Shown here piece by piece: positions 9,024 to 19,735 of a DNA stretch of 64,000 bases (its first letter is position 1; each line of letters opens with the position of its first letter). Below the pieces are notes generated by a model. It was not told the DNA's origin, did not search any database, and saw nothing but the letters and a program-made list of their open reading frames with translations. The DNA comes from an uncultured Actinomycetes bacterium (lineage in GTDB: Bacteria; Actinomycetota; UBA4738; HRBIN12). The stretch is from the NCBI GenBank assembly GCA_963704885.1, contig CAVPIB010000004.1:704001-768000 (forward strand), given 5' to 3'. Position numbers and translations under genes: made by a program.

Positions 9024-9376
9024 AACGCAGGCTTCACCCCTTCGAAGGGCGGGCGGATACCTTTGCCTGTGATCGTCGGGGCCGATGTCAGCGACGCCAC
9101 CTTGCGCTTCTGGGTCCAAGACGAAGGGATCGGGATCGCCACCGACGACATCCCCAGGATCTTCGACCGCTTCTACCAAGTGGATCGATCGGCTACGCGA
9201 GCTTACGGTGGTGTTGGACTGGGTCTGCACATCTCGCTCGAACTCGTCGAGTCCATGGATGGAACCATCGAGGTCCGGAGCGAACTGGTGCGGGAAGCAC
9301 ATTCACGGTCTCCGTGCCGCTGCTCGTCTCGGTGACCGACGACCGGGCCGCGGTCACCGGATCCTCGCTCGGCTGA
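9024..9376 (+). pseudogene. Remnant of a histidine kinase ATPase (HATPase_c) domain
   Basis: VQDEGIGI...IFDRFYQVD...GGVGLGL (G1/F/G2 boxes). The N-box is degraded (NAGFTP), GAGSTFTV lies in another frame, and there is no HisKA or sensor part. Confidence 0.7.
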
Positions 9377-9397
9377 TCGCGCTCGGCCCCCCGTCGG

Positions 9398-10804
9398 CTA
9401 GGGCCAGGTACGCGCCGCCAGCGTGGCCTCGATCCCGACCGCCTGTCGCTCGACCTCACTCGCCGAGGGACCCCCCGGCATGGTTCGCGCACGAACCGAA
9501 ACGTCCGGATCGAGCAAGGCCGAGCCGTCGGGAACCCCGTACGCCTTCCACTCTTCGTCGACAAGATCCCGCAGGCCGCGCCCTTCGCGAGCGAGCTCCC
9601 TCAACAGCGCTCCGGTTCGATGATGGGCCTCACGGAAGGGCACGCCGTCTAGGACCAGGGCCTCGGCGAGGTCGGTCGCGAACAGCGACTCGTCCGTCGC
9701 GTCCCGACGCATGACATCCGGATGGAAGCGAACGGTCTCCAGCGCTCCGATCAGCGCGCTGAGGGTTAGCTCCAAGGTGTCCGCGGCATCGAACGCGGGC
9801 TCCTTGTCCTCCTGGAGATCCCGGTGGTACCCAAGGGGCAAGCCCTGGAGCACCGCCGTCAGGGCTGCGAACGATGCGGCCACCCGGGCCGCCTTCGCCC
9901 GGGCCAGCTCTGCGGTATCGGGGTTCCGTTTCTGGGGCATCATGCTCGACCCGGTGCTGTAGGCCTCGTCCAGATCTGCCCAGCCGAGCGAAGGATCTGT
10001 GAAGCGGGTCAGGTCGGCGGCCAACCGGGACAGATGGGTGGCACAGATCGCGGCGTTCGCCAGGAACTCCTGAACGAAGTCGCGATCCGACACAGCATCG
10101 ATCGAGTTGGAGAACGCCCGTCTGAAGCCCAGTCGTGTGGCCGTCATGTCCGGATCGAGACCCAACGTGGACGTCGCGATCGCGCCGGCTCCGAGCGGCG
10201 ATGTAGACGTGCGTTCCGCCCATTCGTCGAGCCTCTCCAGATCTCGGAGCAACGCCCACGCGTGCGCCAGCAGATGGTGTCCGAGCGTCACGACCTGCGC
10301 GGCGCGAGCGTGCGTGGTGCCCGGCATCACGGTCGACGAGTGCTCGCGTCCCCGAGCCACCAGCGAGCGGATCAGCAGGGTGACGAGGCCGTCGGCCCGG
10401 CGACCGGCTGCCAGCAACCACAGGCGCAGGTCGGTCACGACAAGATCGTTGCGACTACGCCCCGCGTGGAGCCTGGCACCCAGATCCCCGAGCCGGTCGG
10501 TCACGCCTCGCTCCACAGCCGAATGCACGTCCTCGTCCGCGGGGTCGAACTCGAATCCGCCCTCCGACATCAGGTGACCGACCGACGCCAGTGCCTCCTC
10601 GAGCTCGGCGGCCTCGTCCGCCTGGAGCAGGCCCGCATCCTGAAGCGCCCGGACATGCGCGATCGACGCATCCACGTCGAAGGTGGCCAAGCGGACGTCG
10701 AACCTGAGGCTCCGGCCGAGCGCAAGCGCCTCGGGCGCCGGGGTGGACTCGAAGCGGCCGGACCACAGCGGCGAGCTGGTCCCGGTGTCGGAACGATCGG
10801 TCAT
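9398..10804 (-). CDS. argH: Argininosuccinate lyase
   Basis: LWSGRF, EDVH, GRSRND, GSSMMPQKRNPD, YHRDLQEDK. Confidence 0.97.
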   Translation of the reverse strand: MTDRSDTGTSSPLWSGRFESTPAPEALALGRSLRFDVRLATFDVDASIAHVRALQDAGLLQADEAAELEEALASVGHLMSEGGFEFDPADEDVHSAVERGVTDRLGDLGARLHAGRSRNDLVVTDLRLWLLAAGRRADGLVTLLIRSLVARGREHSSTVMPGTTHARAAQVVTLGHHLLAHAWALLRDLERLDEWAERTSTSPLGAGAIATSTLGLDPDMTATRLGFRRAFSNSIDAVSDRDFVQEFLANAAICATHLSRLAADLTRFTDPSLGWADLDEAYSTGSSMMPQKRNPDTAELARAKAARVAASFAALTAVLQGLPLGYHRDLQEDKEPAFDAADTLELTLSALIGALETVRFHPDVMRRDATDESLFATDLAEALVLDGVPFREAHHRTGALLRELAREGRGLRDLVDEEWKAYGVPDGSALLDPDVSVRARTMPGGPSASEVERQAVGIEATLAARTWP

Positions 10805-11988
10805 GCGCCGCCCTGCTTCGCCGACCACACCTTGAGCGGCAGCCCGTACAACCGAACGTATCCCTCGGCGTGGGACTGATCGAACGCGTCGCCACCACCG
10901 TAGGTCGCCAGCGAAAGATCGTAGAGGGAATGCGGCGAGCGGCGACCTACCACCGTGCACGATCCGGCTTCGAAGCGCAGCCGCACGTCACCGGTCACGT
11001 GGGTCTGAGTCCGGTCGACGAACGCGTCCAGCGCCGCTCGCAACGGCGAGAACCATTGGCCGTCGTAGACCAGCTCGGTCCAGCGCTGCTCGATCTTCGG
11101 CTTCTCGTGAGCCACCTCGCGCTCTAGCGTGAGGTCCTCCAACGCCCGGTGCGCCGTGATGATCGCGAGCGCGCCCGGGACCTCGTAGAGCTCGCGCGAC
11201 TTGATGCCCACCCGGCGGTTCTCGATCATGTCGACCCGCCCGAACCCGTAGGATCCGCCGAGCGCGTCCAGCCCGCGGATGACGGCGGGGAGAGGGGTGG
11301 CCTCGCCCTCGAGCGCCACGGGCAGGCCGCGCTCGAAGGTGAGCACGATCTCGGTCGGTTCGCTCGGTCGTTCTCCTGGCGGCGCGGTCCGCGCGAACGC
11401 GTCCTCGGGCGGGGCCACCCACGGGTCCTCCAGCGGTCCGCACTCGACTGTTCGTCCCCACAGATTCTCGTCGATCGAGTACGAACCCACGATCGACGCC
11501 AAAGGGATGCCCCACTCGTCTGCCAAGACCATCGCCTTCTCGCGCGGGATGTTCGCGTCGCGGATCGGCGCCAGCACCTCCAGATCGGGGGCCAGCACGC
11601 CGAACGACACCTCGAAGCGCACCTGGTCGTTCCCCTTGCCGGTGCAGCCGTGCGCCACCACGTCCGCACCGACCTCGCGGGCCACGCCCACGACCTCCTC
11701 CGCGATCAGCGGGCGCGCCAACCCAGACACCATGGGGTACTTTCCCTCGTAGAGGCCGTTCGCCTGGATCGCATGGGTCAGGTACTCGGCGGCGAACCGC
11801 TCCACCGCGTCAACCACTCGCACGTCGGTCGCTCCGGCCAGCCGTCCGCGCTCCACCACCGCGTCGAACTCTTCCTGTTGCCCAACGTCGACTGCCACCG
11901 CGTGCACGTCGTAGCCCTGTTCCACCAGCCACCTGATCGTGACCGACGTGTCCAACCCGCCGCTGTACGCGAGAACCGCCCGTTTCAT
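10801..11988 (-). CDS. argG: Argininosuccinate synthase
   Basis: LAYSGGLDTS, HGCTGKGNDQVRFE, SIDENLWGR, GIKSRE. Confidence 0.98.
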   Translation of the reverse strand: MKRAVLAYSGGLDTSVTIRWLVEQGYDVHAVAVDVGQQEEFDAVVERGRLAGATDVRVVDAVERFAAEYLTHAIQANGLYEGKYPMVSGLARPLIAEEVVGVAREVGADVVAHGCTGKGNDQVRFEVSFGVLAPDLEVLAPIRDANIPREKAMVLADEWGIPLASIVGSYSIDENLWGRTVECGPLEDPWVAPPEDAFARTAPPGERPSEPTEIVLTFERGLPVALEGEATPLPAVIRGLDALGGSYGFGRVDMIENRRVGIKSRELYEVPGALAIITAHRALEDLTLEREVAHEKPKIEQRWTELVYDGQWFSPLRAALDAFVDRTQTHVTGDVRLRFEAGSCTVVGRRSPHSLYDLSLATYGGGDAFDQSHAEGYVRLYGLPLKVWSAKQGGA

Positions 11989-12464
11989 CCGTCAGCCTCC
12001 ATGATCGTCGTTAGCGACCTTTCGAGCGTCGTCGCGGCGATGCCCTCCCGGCCGAGGATGAGGATGGTGTTGTCACCGGCGATCGTGCCTGCCACCTCTG
12101 CAAGCCCCATGCGATCGATGCCCTCGGCGAGGGCGGCGGCAGCACCGGGCGGGGTCCGAATGACCAGCCCGTGGTCGCTACGCGTGAACGACAGCGCGAA
12201 CTCGTCGAGCAGATGCTTGAGGAGCCCCGAGGGAGCGGCGGCGCGCGATTCGCCGGGCACCACGTAGCGCAGACCGTCGTGGTCGTGTACCCGCGCAAGA
12301 CCCAGCTCCTCCACGTCACGCGAGATCGTGGACTGCGTGGCGTCCATACCGAGCGCCTCCAGCCGCCTGCGGATCTCCTCCTGCGAGGACAGGCGTTCCC
12401 GTCCGACCAGCGACAGGATCGTCTGCTGGCGCTTGGACTTGAGAGCGCCGTTGCCGCGGCTCAC
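11985..12464 (-). CDS. argR: Arginine repressor
   Basis: RQQ.I..L, SQEE, TQSTISRD, GTIAGDNT; GTG start overlaps the argB stop. Confidence 0.95.
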   Translation of the reverse strand: MSRGNGALKSKRQQTILSLVGRERLSSQEEIRRRLEALGMDATQSTISRDVEELGLARVHDHDGLRYVVPGESRAAAPSGLLKHLLDEFALSFTRSDHGLVIRTPPGAAAALAEGIDRMGLAEVAGTIAGDNTILILGREGIAATTLERSLTTIMEADG

Positions 12465-13357
12465 GGATCGAGCCCCGCGTCGGGCGTGATCATGGTGCCC
12501 ACGCCCTCCGGCGTGAACAGCTCGAGCACCAGGGAATGCTCGACGCGTCCGTCGACGAGATGTATCCGGGCCACCCCGGCCTTGATCGCATCGACGGCGC
12601 TCTCGAGCTTGGGGATCATCCCGCCTTCGACCACGCCGTCCCTGCCGAGCAGATCGAGGCATTGCTCGGCCGATAGCTCCGACAGCAGGTCGCCGGTGGG
12701 CCCGATCAGGCCAGGAACGTCGTTCAGGAACACCAGCTTCTCGGCGCCGAGCGCGATCGCGAGCTCGGCCGCCACCACGTCGGCGTTCACGTTGTACGCC
12801 TGGCCGAACTCGTCAACGGCGATCGAGGCCACGACGGGCACGAAACGCTCCGCCATGAGCGTGCGGACCACGTCTGCGTTCACGTGGACAACCTCGCCGA
12901 CGAACCCCAGATCGGGAGCGGTCTGTTTGCGAGCTAGCAATAGACCACCGTCGACCCCCGACAACCCGACCGCGGGCACGCCCCCGGTCACGAGGGACGC
13001 GACCACATCGGTGTTCAGCTTGCCGGCCAACACCATGGTGGCCACATCGAGCGTCTCCGCGTCGGTCACGCGAACGCCATCGACGAAGGTGGTCTCTATG
13101 CCCAGACGTGCGGAGAACTTCGTCACCTGCGGCCCGCCGCCGTGCACGATCACAGGCAGGATCCCCGCGCTCTGCAACAGCGCCACGTCTTGCGCGAAGG
13201 ACGCGATCAGTGGCGTCTGCTCCATCGCGGCGCCGCCGTACTTCACCACGATGACTTTGCCGTGATGCTCCCGCATGAACGGCAGCGCCTCGAGCAGCGT
13301 ACGGGCCTTGGCAACGGTGCGTTGGCGCGTCTGCGGCGGAAGCTCGGTTTGGCTCAA
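12461..13357 (-). CDS. argB: Acetylglutamate kinase
   Basis: EALPF, VVKYGG, VHGGGPQ, YNVNAD, GGMIPK, ELFT.EGVGT. Confidence 0.97.
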   Translation of the reverse strand: MSQTELPPQTRQRTVAKARTLLEALPFMREHHGKVIVVKYGGAAMEQTPLIASFAQDVALLQSAGILPVIVHGGGPQVTKFSARLGIETTFVDGVRVTDAETLDVATMVLAGKLNTDVVASLVTGGVPAVGLSGVDGGLLLARKQTAPDLGFVGEVVHVNADVVRTLMAERFVPVVASIAVDEFGQAYNVNADVVAAELAIALGAEKLVFLNDVPGLIGPTGDLLSELSAEQCLDLLGRDGVVEGGMIPKLESAVDAIKAGVARIHLVDGRVEHSLVLELFTPEGVGTMITPDAGLDP

Positions 13358-14547
13358 GTCGTGTACTCCCCGTTGATCCGCACGTACTCATAGGAGAGAT
13401 CGCACCCGAGCACCCGGCTACGGCCGGGGCCTTCCCCCACCGACACGTGGATCCGGATCTCGGGTTCCTTCATGGCGACACGCGCCGCCGAGGCGAGCGG
13501 ATCCTCTCCGAAATAGGCGGGTGGGATGACGCCGTTGGCCACCAGCCGATGTTCGCCTATCGCGATGTCGATCCGCGTGGGGTCGACGTCGACACCCGAA
13601 GAACCCACCGCTTGCAGGATGCGACCGGGGTTGGGATCGCCGCCGAACGCGGCGGTCTTGACCAGGGGTGAATCCGCGACCGCCTTGGCGATCACACGGG
13701 CATCCTGTTCCGTGCGCGCGCCTTCCACATCGATCAGCAGGACGTGGTTCACGCCCTCGGCGTCGGCCGCCAGCTGACGGAGCAGCGACTCCCCCACTTC
13801 GCCGATCGCACCGGCGAGCGCGTCCCAGTTGGCCGATGTCTGCGTGAGCGGCCCGTCGGCCCCCGCGCCGCTCGCGAAGACGAGCACGGTGTCGTTGGTG
13901 CTGGTACATGCATCGACCGTGAGCGCGTTGAAGCGAGGCTTGAGCTGTTCGTCCGCAAGGAGCTGAAGATCTCGTCTTCCGACCGCCGCGTCCGTCGTGA
14001 CGAATACGAGCATCGTGGCCAGGTTCGGCGCGATCATGCCGACGCCCTTGGCGCAGCCGCCCACCCGGAACGCTCCGGCATCCGCCGTGGCCTGCTTCTC
14101 CACGGTGTCGGTGGTCATGATCGCCCGCGCGAAGTCCGCACCGCCCTCGCTCGAGAGCGTCCCCGCGAGCGTGGGGATAGCGGGGAGCATGACGTCCAGG
14201 TGCAGCGGCTCGCCTATCACGCCGGTCGAACACGCCAGCATGTCTGCGGGATCCACCCCGAGCGCGGTCGCGGCGGCAGCCGCGACCGCGCGGGCGTCGG
14301 CATCGCCTCGTTCGCCGGTCGCCGCGTTCGCCTGTCCGCTGTTTACCACGACCGCGCGTCCGCGATCGGCGGACAACACCTCGCGGCAGTACCGCACCGG
14401 CGCCGCCGCGACCCTGTTCGTCGTGAACAACCCGGCGACCGTGGTTCCGGGATCGCCGATCAGGAGTCCCAGGTCGGGGCGTCCCGAGGGTTTGAGACCG
14501 GCGCTCATGCCGGCAGCGCGGAACCCGCGTGGATAGGTGACGCTCAC
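13354..14547 (-). CDS. argJ: Ornithine acetyltransferase
   Basis: NSGQANA, STGVIG, IMTTD, KGVGMIAPNLATML, STND, YVRING.YTT. Confidence 0.97.
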   Translation of the reverse strand: MSVTYPRGFRAAGMSAGLKPSGRPDLGLLIGDPGTTVAGLFTTNRVAAAPVRYCREVLSADRGRAVVVNSGQANAATGERGDADARAVAAAAATALGVDPADMLACSTGVIGEPLHLDVMLPAIPTLAGTLSSEGGADFARAIMTTDTVEKQATADAGAFRVGGCAKGVGMIAPNLATMLVFVTTDAAVGRRDLQLLADEQLKPRFNALTVDACTSTNDTVLVFASGAGADGPLTQTSANWDALAGAIGEVGESLLRQLAADAEGVNHVLLIDVEGARTEQDARVIAKAVADSPLVKTAAFGGDPNPGRILQAVGSSGVDVDPTRIDIAIGEHRLVANGVIPPAYFGEDPLASAARVAMKEPEIRIHVSVGEGPGRSRVLGCDLSYEYVRINGEYTT

Positions 14548-15604
14548 GGGTAGACCGCCACGGTCGGCAAAGCCGTTGACTCATCCAGGCCGAGCACCAG
14601 ATTCATGTTCTGGATCGCCTGCCCGGCCGCGCCCTTGATCAGGTTGTCCAGCGCCCCCACCACGACCGCCGACCCGCTTCGCGGGTCGGCTACCGCCTGC
14701 AGTTCGACCACGTTGGTGCCCCGGGTTCGCTTGGAGTCGACCATCTCACCCGGAGGCAGCACGCGAACGAACGAACGCCCGGCGTAGGCCCCGGCCAAGC
14801 ATGCCGTGAGCGCATCCGTGGTCACCCCGGCCGCGAGCGGCGCGTAGCAAGTGGTCACCACGCCGCGGACCGCCGGAACCAGATGGGGAACGAACAACAC
14901 CGGCGGGGTGAATCCCGTGGCCAGCTCAAGCCCTCGTTCCATCTCGGGTGTGTGCTGGTGGCGCGGCACCCTGTAGGGACGCACACTCTCCTCGCTCGGC
15001 GGTGTACAGGGTCGCGTCGCTCATCGACCGGCCCGCTCCGGACAGGCCGGTCTTTCCGTCGACGTGGATAGTGCCGGGCTCCACCAGACCGGCCGACAGG
15101 AGCGGCGCCAGTCCCAGGATGACGGGGGTCGGGAAACAGCCGGGGTTCGCCACCAGCTGCGCACCGGGAAGCTGTTCGGCGAAGAGCTCGGGAAGGCCGT
15201 AGATGGACTTGCCGAGCCAATCGAGTGCCTGATGCTCGAACCCGTACCAGTCCGGATAGGCCGAGGCCGGCAGACGGAAGTCCCCCGCCAGATCGATCAC
15301 GCGCAGGCCGGCTTCCAGCAGCGCCGGTGCAAGCTCCGAGCTCACGCCGTGCGGAAGGGAGCAGAAGGCGATGTCCGCCGCCTGGATCACGTCGGCCGCC
15401 TCGAGCCCTCCGATGATGGCGCTCCCGACCGGCAGCGAACCGAGGTGCGGATGCGCCTCGGCGAGCGACGACACCGGCCGCGGTGTGCGCCCCTAGGTAG
15501 GAGACACGGGCCGCGGGGTGTTCCGCCAGCAACCTGATCAGCTCACCGCCGGCGAACCCGGAGGCGCCGAGCACCGCTACCCGTAGCTGGGTGGACTCCG
15601 ACAT
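14544..15604 (-). CDS. argC: N-acetyl-gamma-glutamyl-phosphate reductase, two +1 frameshifts (~15474, ~14997)
   Basis: GASGFAGGELIR, ANPGCF, SGAGR, HQHTPE and DNLIKGAAGQAIQN are spread over three overlapping ORFs. Confidence 0.93.
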
Positions 15605-15640
15605 GACGGATAGTTATGCACAAACTGCATAGAACCGTCA
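15604..15640. promoter_or_regulatory. Tandem ARG boxes (ArgR operator)
   Basis: AT-rich CGGATAGTTATGCA and TGCATAG; TATGCA-caaac-TGCATA palindrome at 15615-15631 immediately upstream of argC. Confidence 0.8.
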
Positions 15641-16687
15641 ACCAGCCGTTCGTATCACCCTGAACGGACCGTCCGGGAGGTCCTCCACCCCTTCGACCGG
15701 TCCGTCCTCCAGAAGGGCGCTGTCCCTGCCGCTCACGCCCCCGGGCCGGGCGCGGGCGATCGACCCGCGGGCCTTGCCCAGGTTGGAACGGAGCTCGTCG
15801 GCGCCGTTCGTGAGCATGGTCGCGGCGCGCGCCAGCTTGTTCTCGACGACGGCCCCCATCGCCTCGAGCGCCGACGAGACCTCCGCCAGGCTGGCCTGCA
15901 CATCGGCCGCATCGCCGAACCGCTGAACCAGGCTGTACAGGAACAGGACGATCGGGAGCGCCGACGTGTAGGGCACGATCACGACCCCTTTGGACCAGGC
16001 GTCCGCATGGGCACGCTTGAGCACGGCATAGGCCGCATCGGGAACCGCCGCGACCGCTACAGGGGAGGTCACCGCCGGGTCGAGGTACAGCGCGACCTCC
16101 TTCGCCCGGGCGGCGACGGCGCGCTCCACATCACGGGCGCAGGCGGCGCGAGCGACGGGGTCCTCCGCGGCCTCCAGCGACTCGAGCTCGGCGAGGGCGG
16201 TCCACTTGGAGTCGATAGGCATCCTCCGACCGTCCGGCAGCAGCAACGCGAACTCCACCACCTTGCCACCCACACGCAGATCGTTGACCAACATGCCCGG
16301 CGGCAGCTGTGCCAGGTGTTCGCGCAGCACGTTCTCGCCCGCGCGACCCTTCGATGCGCCGCCCGCCAGGACGGTGGAGAGCCGCTTGATCACCTCACGC
16401 CCCTCCACGTCGGCTTGACGGCGCTCCTGTTCGCGAGTGCTCAACTCCTGGAGCACCCGGCGGGCACCGTCGAGTCCGGCGCGCAGCTGCTCTCCCGCAA
16501 CGTCGCGTGAGGCCGTGGCGTCGGCGAGGCGTCTGAGCTCGGCCGACTGGGCCTCCAGCCGAGCCTGCACGATCCCGAGCGAGCCGTCGCCGTCGCTCAC
16601 CACGCGCGAACGGCGCGAGGCCACGAGGGCTCCGCCCACGGCCACGCCCACAGCGAGCGCCGCGAGTCCCATCCACAGCTGATCCAT
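15638..16687 (-). CDS. rmuC: DNA recombination protein RmuC family
   Basis: N-terminal TM and coiled coil, then KGRAGE..L and LPDGRRMPIDSKW (restriction-endonuclease-like fold motif). Confidence 0.82.
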   Translation of the reverse strand: MDQLWMGLAALAVGVAVGGALVASRRSRVVSDGDGSLGIVQARLEAQSAELRRLADATASRDVAGEQLRAGLDGARRVLQELSTREQERRQADVEGREVIKRLSTVLAGGASKGRAGENVLREHLAQLPPGMLVNDLRVGGKVVEFALLLPDGRRMPIDSKWTALAELESLEAAEDPVARAACARDVERAVAARAKEVALYLDPAVTSPVAVAAVPDAAYAVLKRAHADAWSKGVVIVPYTSALPIVLFLYSLVQRFGDAADVQASLAEVSSALEAMGAVVENKLARAATMLTNGADELRSNLGKARGSIARARPGGVSGRDSALLEDGPVEGVEDLPDGPFRVIRTAG

Positions 16688-16770
16688 GCGAGCACCTCCG
16701 TCGAAGGGGAACCGCTCCACCGTACGGACGGGCTCTGACATGCGGAGGAACCCCGTGTCACGATCCTTGG

Positions 16771-17340
16771 GTGGACGAGCTGATCAGAGACGGCGATCTG
16801 GCGATACGCCGGATGCGCGACGATCCGACCGACTTCGAGCTGTTAGCGCGGTGGCGGGCCGAGCCGCACGTGGCCGAATGGTGGGATACGGACGACGCCG
16901 GAGAGGAGGCACTGACGGAGCGATACCGCCCCCGGACGGAGGTCTCCTCGCCCACCGTCGCCGGCATCATCACCCTCGAGGATCGCCCGGTCGGCTACCT
17001 GCAGTTCTATCCGTGGGACGACCACCCAGACGAGATGACCGCGATGGGCTTCGCCGCCGATGAAGACATGTTCGGGCTGGACATCCTCATCGGCGAACCC
17101 GACCTGATCGATCGAGGCGTCGGGTCCGCGGCAGTCGCGCTGCTGTGTCGCTACCTGTTCGATGAGCGCGGGGCCTCCGCTGTTGCGCTCACGACCGCCG
17201 AGGCCAACATCCGCGCGCAACGCGCATACGAGAAGGCCGGCATGCGCAAGGTCGCCCGCGTCTTGGATACCGACACCGTGAACGGAGAGCGCGTCCCCTC
17301 CTGGCTGATGGTGATCGATCGTCCCGGCCTGCCATCATGA
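16771..17340 (+). CDS. GNAT acetyltransferase (AAC(6')/siderophore acyltransferase-like)
   Basis: W..EPHVAEWW, GYLQFY, GLDILIGE....RGVGS, N.RA.RAYEKAG. Confidence 0.8.
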   Translation: MDELIRDGDLAIRRMRDDPTDFELLARWRAEPHVAEWWDTDDAGEEALTERYRPRTEVSSPTVAGIITLEDRPVGYLQFYPWDDHPDEMTAMGFAADEDMFGLDILIGEPDLIDRGVGSAAVALLCRYLFDERGASAVALTTAEANIRAQRAYEKAGMRKVARVLDTDTVNGERVPSWLMVIDRPGLPS

Positions 17341-17347
17341 GGCGGTC

Positions 17348-18708
17348 ATGACCGCCTCCGGCGACATCGACCGAGAACTGACTCCAACGCATCAAGGACC
17401 GCGAGGATGCGGCGTTCGTGGCCGCGCGTCCCGCGCTCGGCGGAGCTGTGGACGAAGGCGCGATCCACGATGCCGGACGGCGTTCCGATGTCGTGGCATC
17501 GGAGCTCGTACGACCATCCTCCGCTGTTCGTGGCCGAGGGCAAGGGCGCACGGTTCCGGGACGTCGACGGACACGAGTACTCGGACTTCAACATCGCGGA
17601 CATGTCGATGTTCGGCGGCTACGCGCCGGAACCCGTCGTCCAGGCGATCGCGCGCCGTGCGGAGCAGGGCACGCAGTTCCTGCTTCCCGGCGAGGACGCC
17701 CTATGGGTGGCCGAGGAGCTGGGTCGCCGTTACGGGTTGCCGAAATGGCAGTTCACGCTGGCTGCATCGCAGGCCAACACCGAGGCGATCCGCATCGCAC
17801 GCGTGCTCACCGGCCGCGACAAGGTCCTGTTCTTCGACGGCAAGTATCACGGCCACTTCGACGAAGCGCTCGTCGAACTGAAGGACGGCGCGCTCGTGCC
17901 CGAGGTGGCTGGCTTGCCGCGCGACGTCACCGCCAAGACCGCGATCGTGCAGTTCAACGACCCGGAAGTGCTTAGGCAAGCGCTGGAGCCGCGCGAAGTG
18001 GCGATCGTGATCACGGAGCCCGCGCTGACGAACAACGTGGGCTTGCTCCTGCCCGAGCCCGGGTTCCACGACGCCCTCCGCACGATCACCCGCGAGACGG
18101 GCACCGTCCTGGCCTACGACGAGACCCACACGCACGTCGTCGGTCCGGGCGGGCTCACGAAGATGTGGAACCTGGACCCCGACGTCGTCACCATCGGCAA
18201 GGCGATCGCGGGCGGCGTGCCTCTGGGCGCGTACGGCATGAGCGAGGCCGTTGCAGAGACGCTGCAGCATCCTACGGGCGGATCCGAGGCTGCGGAGTCG
18301 ATGACCGGGGGCACGCTGTTCGGCAACCCGCTCTCCATGGCGGCGGCTCGGGCGACGCTGGGCGAGGTCCTGACCGGTGACGCGTACGCACACACGCACG
18401 GCCTTGGCGCCGTGCTCGCCGACGGTATCGAGAAGGCGATAGGCGACGCCGGCTTGCCCTGGACCACCCACCGGTTCTGGCCACGCTCCGGCGTGACGTT
18501 CGCGCCGGCGATGCCAAGGAACGCGCTCGAGGCGTACGCGGCCAAGGACGTGCTCCTCAGCCTGACCCTTCGTGTGTACCTGGCCAACCGCGGAGTGTGG
18601 GAGGCGATCGTCGGGGCCGGTCCGACCTGCTCGGTGCCCGCCACGGATGAGGACGTGGAGCTCTACCTAGGGGCGTTCGACTCCTTCATCCAGGAACTGA
18701 CGGCCTAG
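17348..18708 (+). CDS. Class III PLP aminotransferase (GSA-aminomutase-like), two +1 frameshifts near the 5' end
   Basis: DVDGHEY.DF, FDGKYHG, DETHT, IGKAIAGG, GGTLFGNPL. The N-terminus MTASGDIDRE..IKDREDAAFVAAR lies in shifted frames. Confidence 0.85.
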
Positions 18709-18769
18709 GCCGGCGCGGTCGGGGCTCGGGTAGCCTCTGCCACAGAGGCAGATCTGGGAGGGATGCTCG

Positions 18770-19735
18770 ATGCGATTCCGTCGTCCGCTGCTCTTGGCCG
18801 CGTTGATCCTGGGTGCTTCGATCGTCATCGCCGCGCCGGCGTTCGGGGATCGTTTCGCGCAGGGGCCACTGCTGGACGAGCCCTTCGTCGTCCTGACGGG
18901 AGAGTTACGTCTGCCGGTCGGGAGCAGCGCCGACGATGCGATCATCTTCAACGGACCGGCCCAGATCGACGGAGAGGTTTCCGGGCAGGTCGTCGCGTTC
19001 AACGGTGACGTGATCGTCTCGGGAACGGTGAACGAAGGCGTCGTCGCGATCAACGGCCGCGTGTACCTGGACGACGGCGCCCATGTCGGCGGCGATGTCG
19101 TGTCTAGGTATCGGCCGGTGATCTCGGAGTCCGCGACCGTGGAAGGCCAGATACGACGAGCGGCCCGCTTCAACACCGACCTCGGCGACTTCGCCGTGGT
19201 CAGCCGGATCCTGGTGTGGTTGGCCACGTCGGTCTCCTCGTTCCTGCTGGGACTCCTGCTGATCCTGTTCGTGCCGAGGGCGGCAGACATCGCGTCCCGT
19301 ACCGCCACCGAACGGTTCGGCGCCTCGCTCGGCTTCGGTGCTCTCGCGTTCGTCGCGTTGCCGCTCGCAGCCGTCGTGGCGATCGCGATCCTGGTCGGCA
19401 TCCCGCTCGGGATCGGTCTGCTCCTCGGTCTCGGACTCCTCTACTGGCTGGGTTACACGGCGGGCGCGTACTCACTCGGACGCCGGCTCGTCGCCGCGCC
19501 CAAGCACAGGCTGCTCGCGTTCCTGGCCGGCTTCGCCATCCTGCGGGCGATCGCGCTGATCCCCGTCATCGCCGGCTTCGCCTGGCTGGCGGCGACCGTC
19601 TGGGGCCTCGGCGCCCTGGTCATCGCCGCGCGGGCCACCGGACGTGACGCGGGAGAGATGGCTCCGGTGGTCGCGGGCTCGACCCCGCCACCGCCCATCC
19701 CGCCACCTCCTCCGCTGACCACGCCGCAGCCATGA
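18770..19735 (+). CDS. Bactofilin-like beta-helix membrane protein
   Basis: Signal peptide, G.V.G.VVA.NG.V repeats, several TM helices and a Pro-rich tail. Confidence 0.7.
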   Translation: MRFRRPLLLAALILGASIVIAAPAFGDRFAQGPLLDEPFVVLTGELRLPVGSSADDAIIFNGPAQIDGEVSGQVVAFNGDVIVSGTVNEGVVAINGRVYLDDGAHVGGDVVSRYRPVISESATVEGQIRRAARFNTDLGDFAVVSRILVWLATSVSSFLLGLLLILFVPRAADIASRTATERFGASLGFGALAFVALPLAAVVAIAILVGIPLGIGLLLGLGLLYWLGYTAGAYSLGRRLVAAPKHRLLAFLAGFAILRAIALIPVIAGFAWLAATVWGLGALVIAARATGRDAGEMAPVVAGSTPPPPIPPPPPLTTPQP

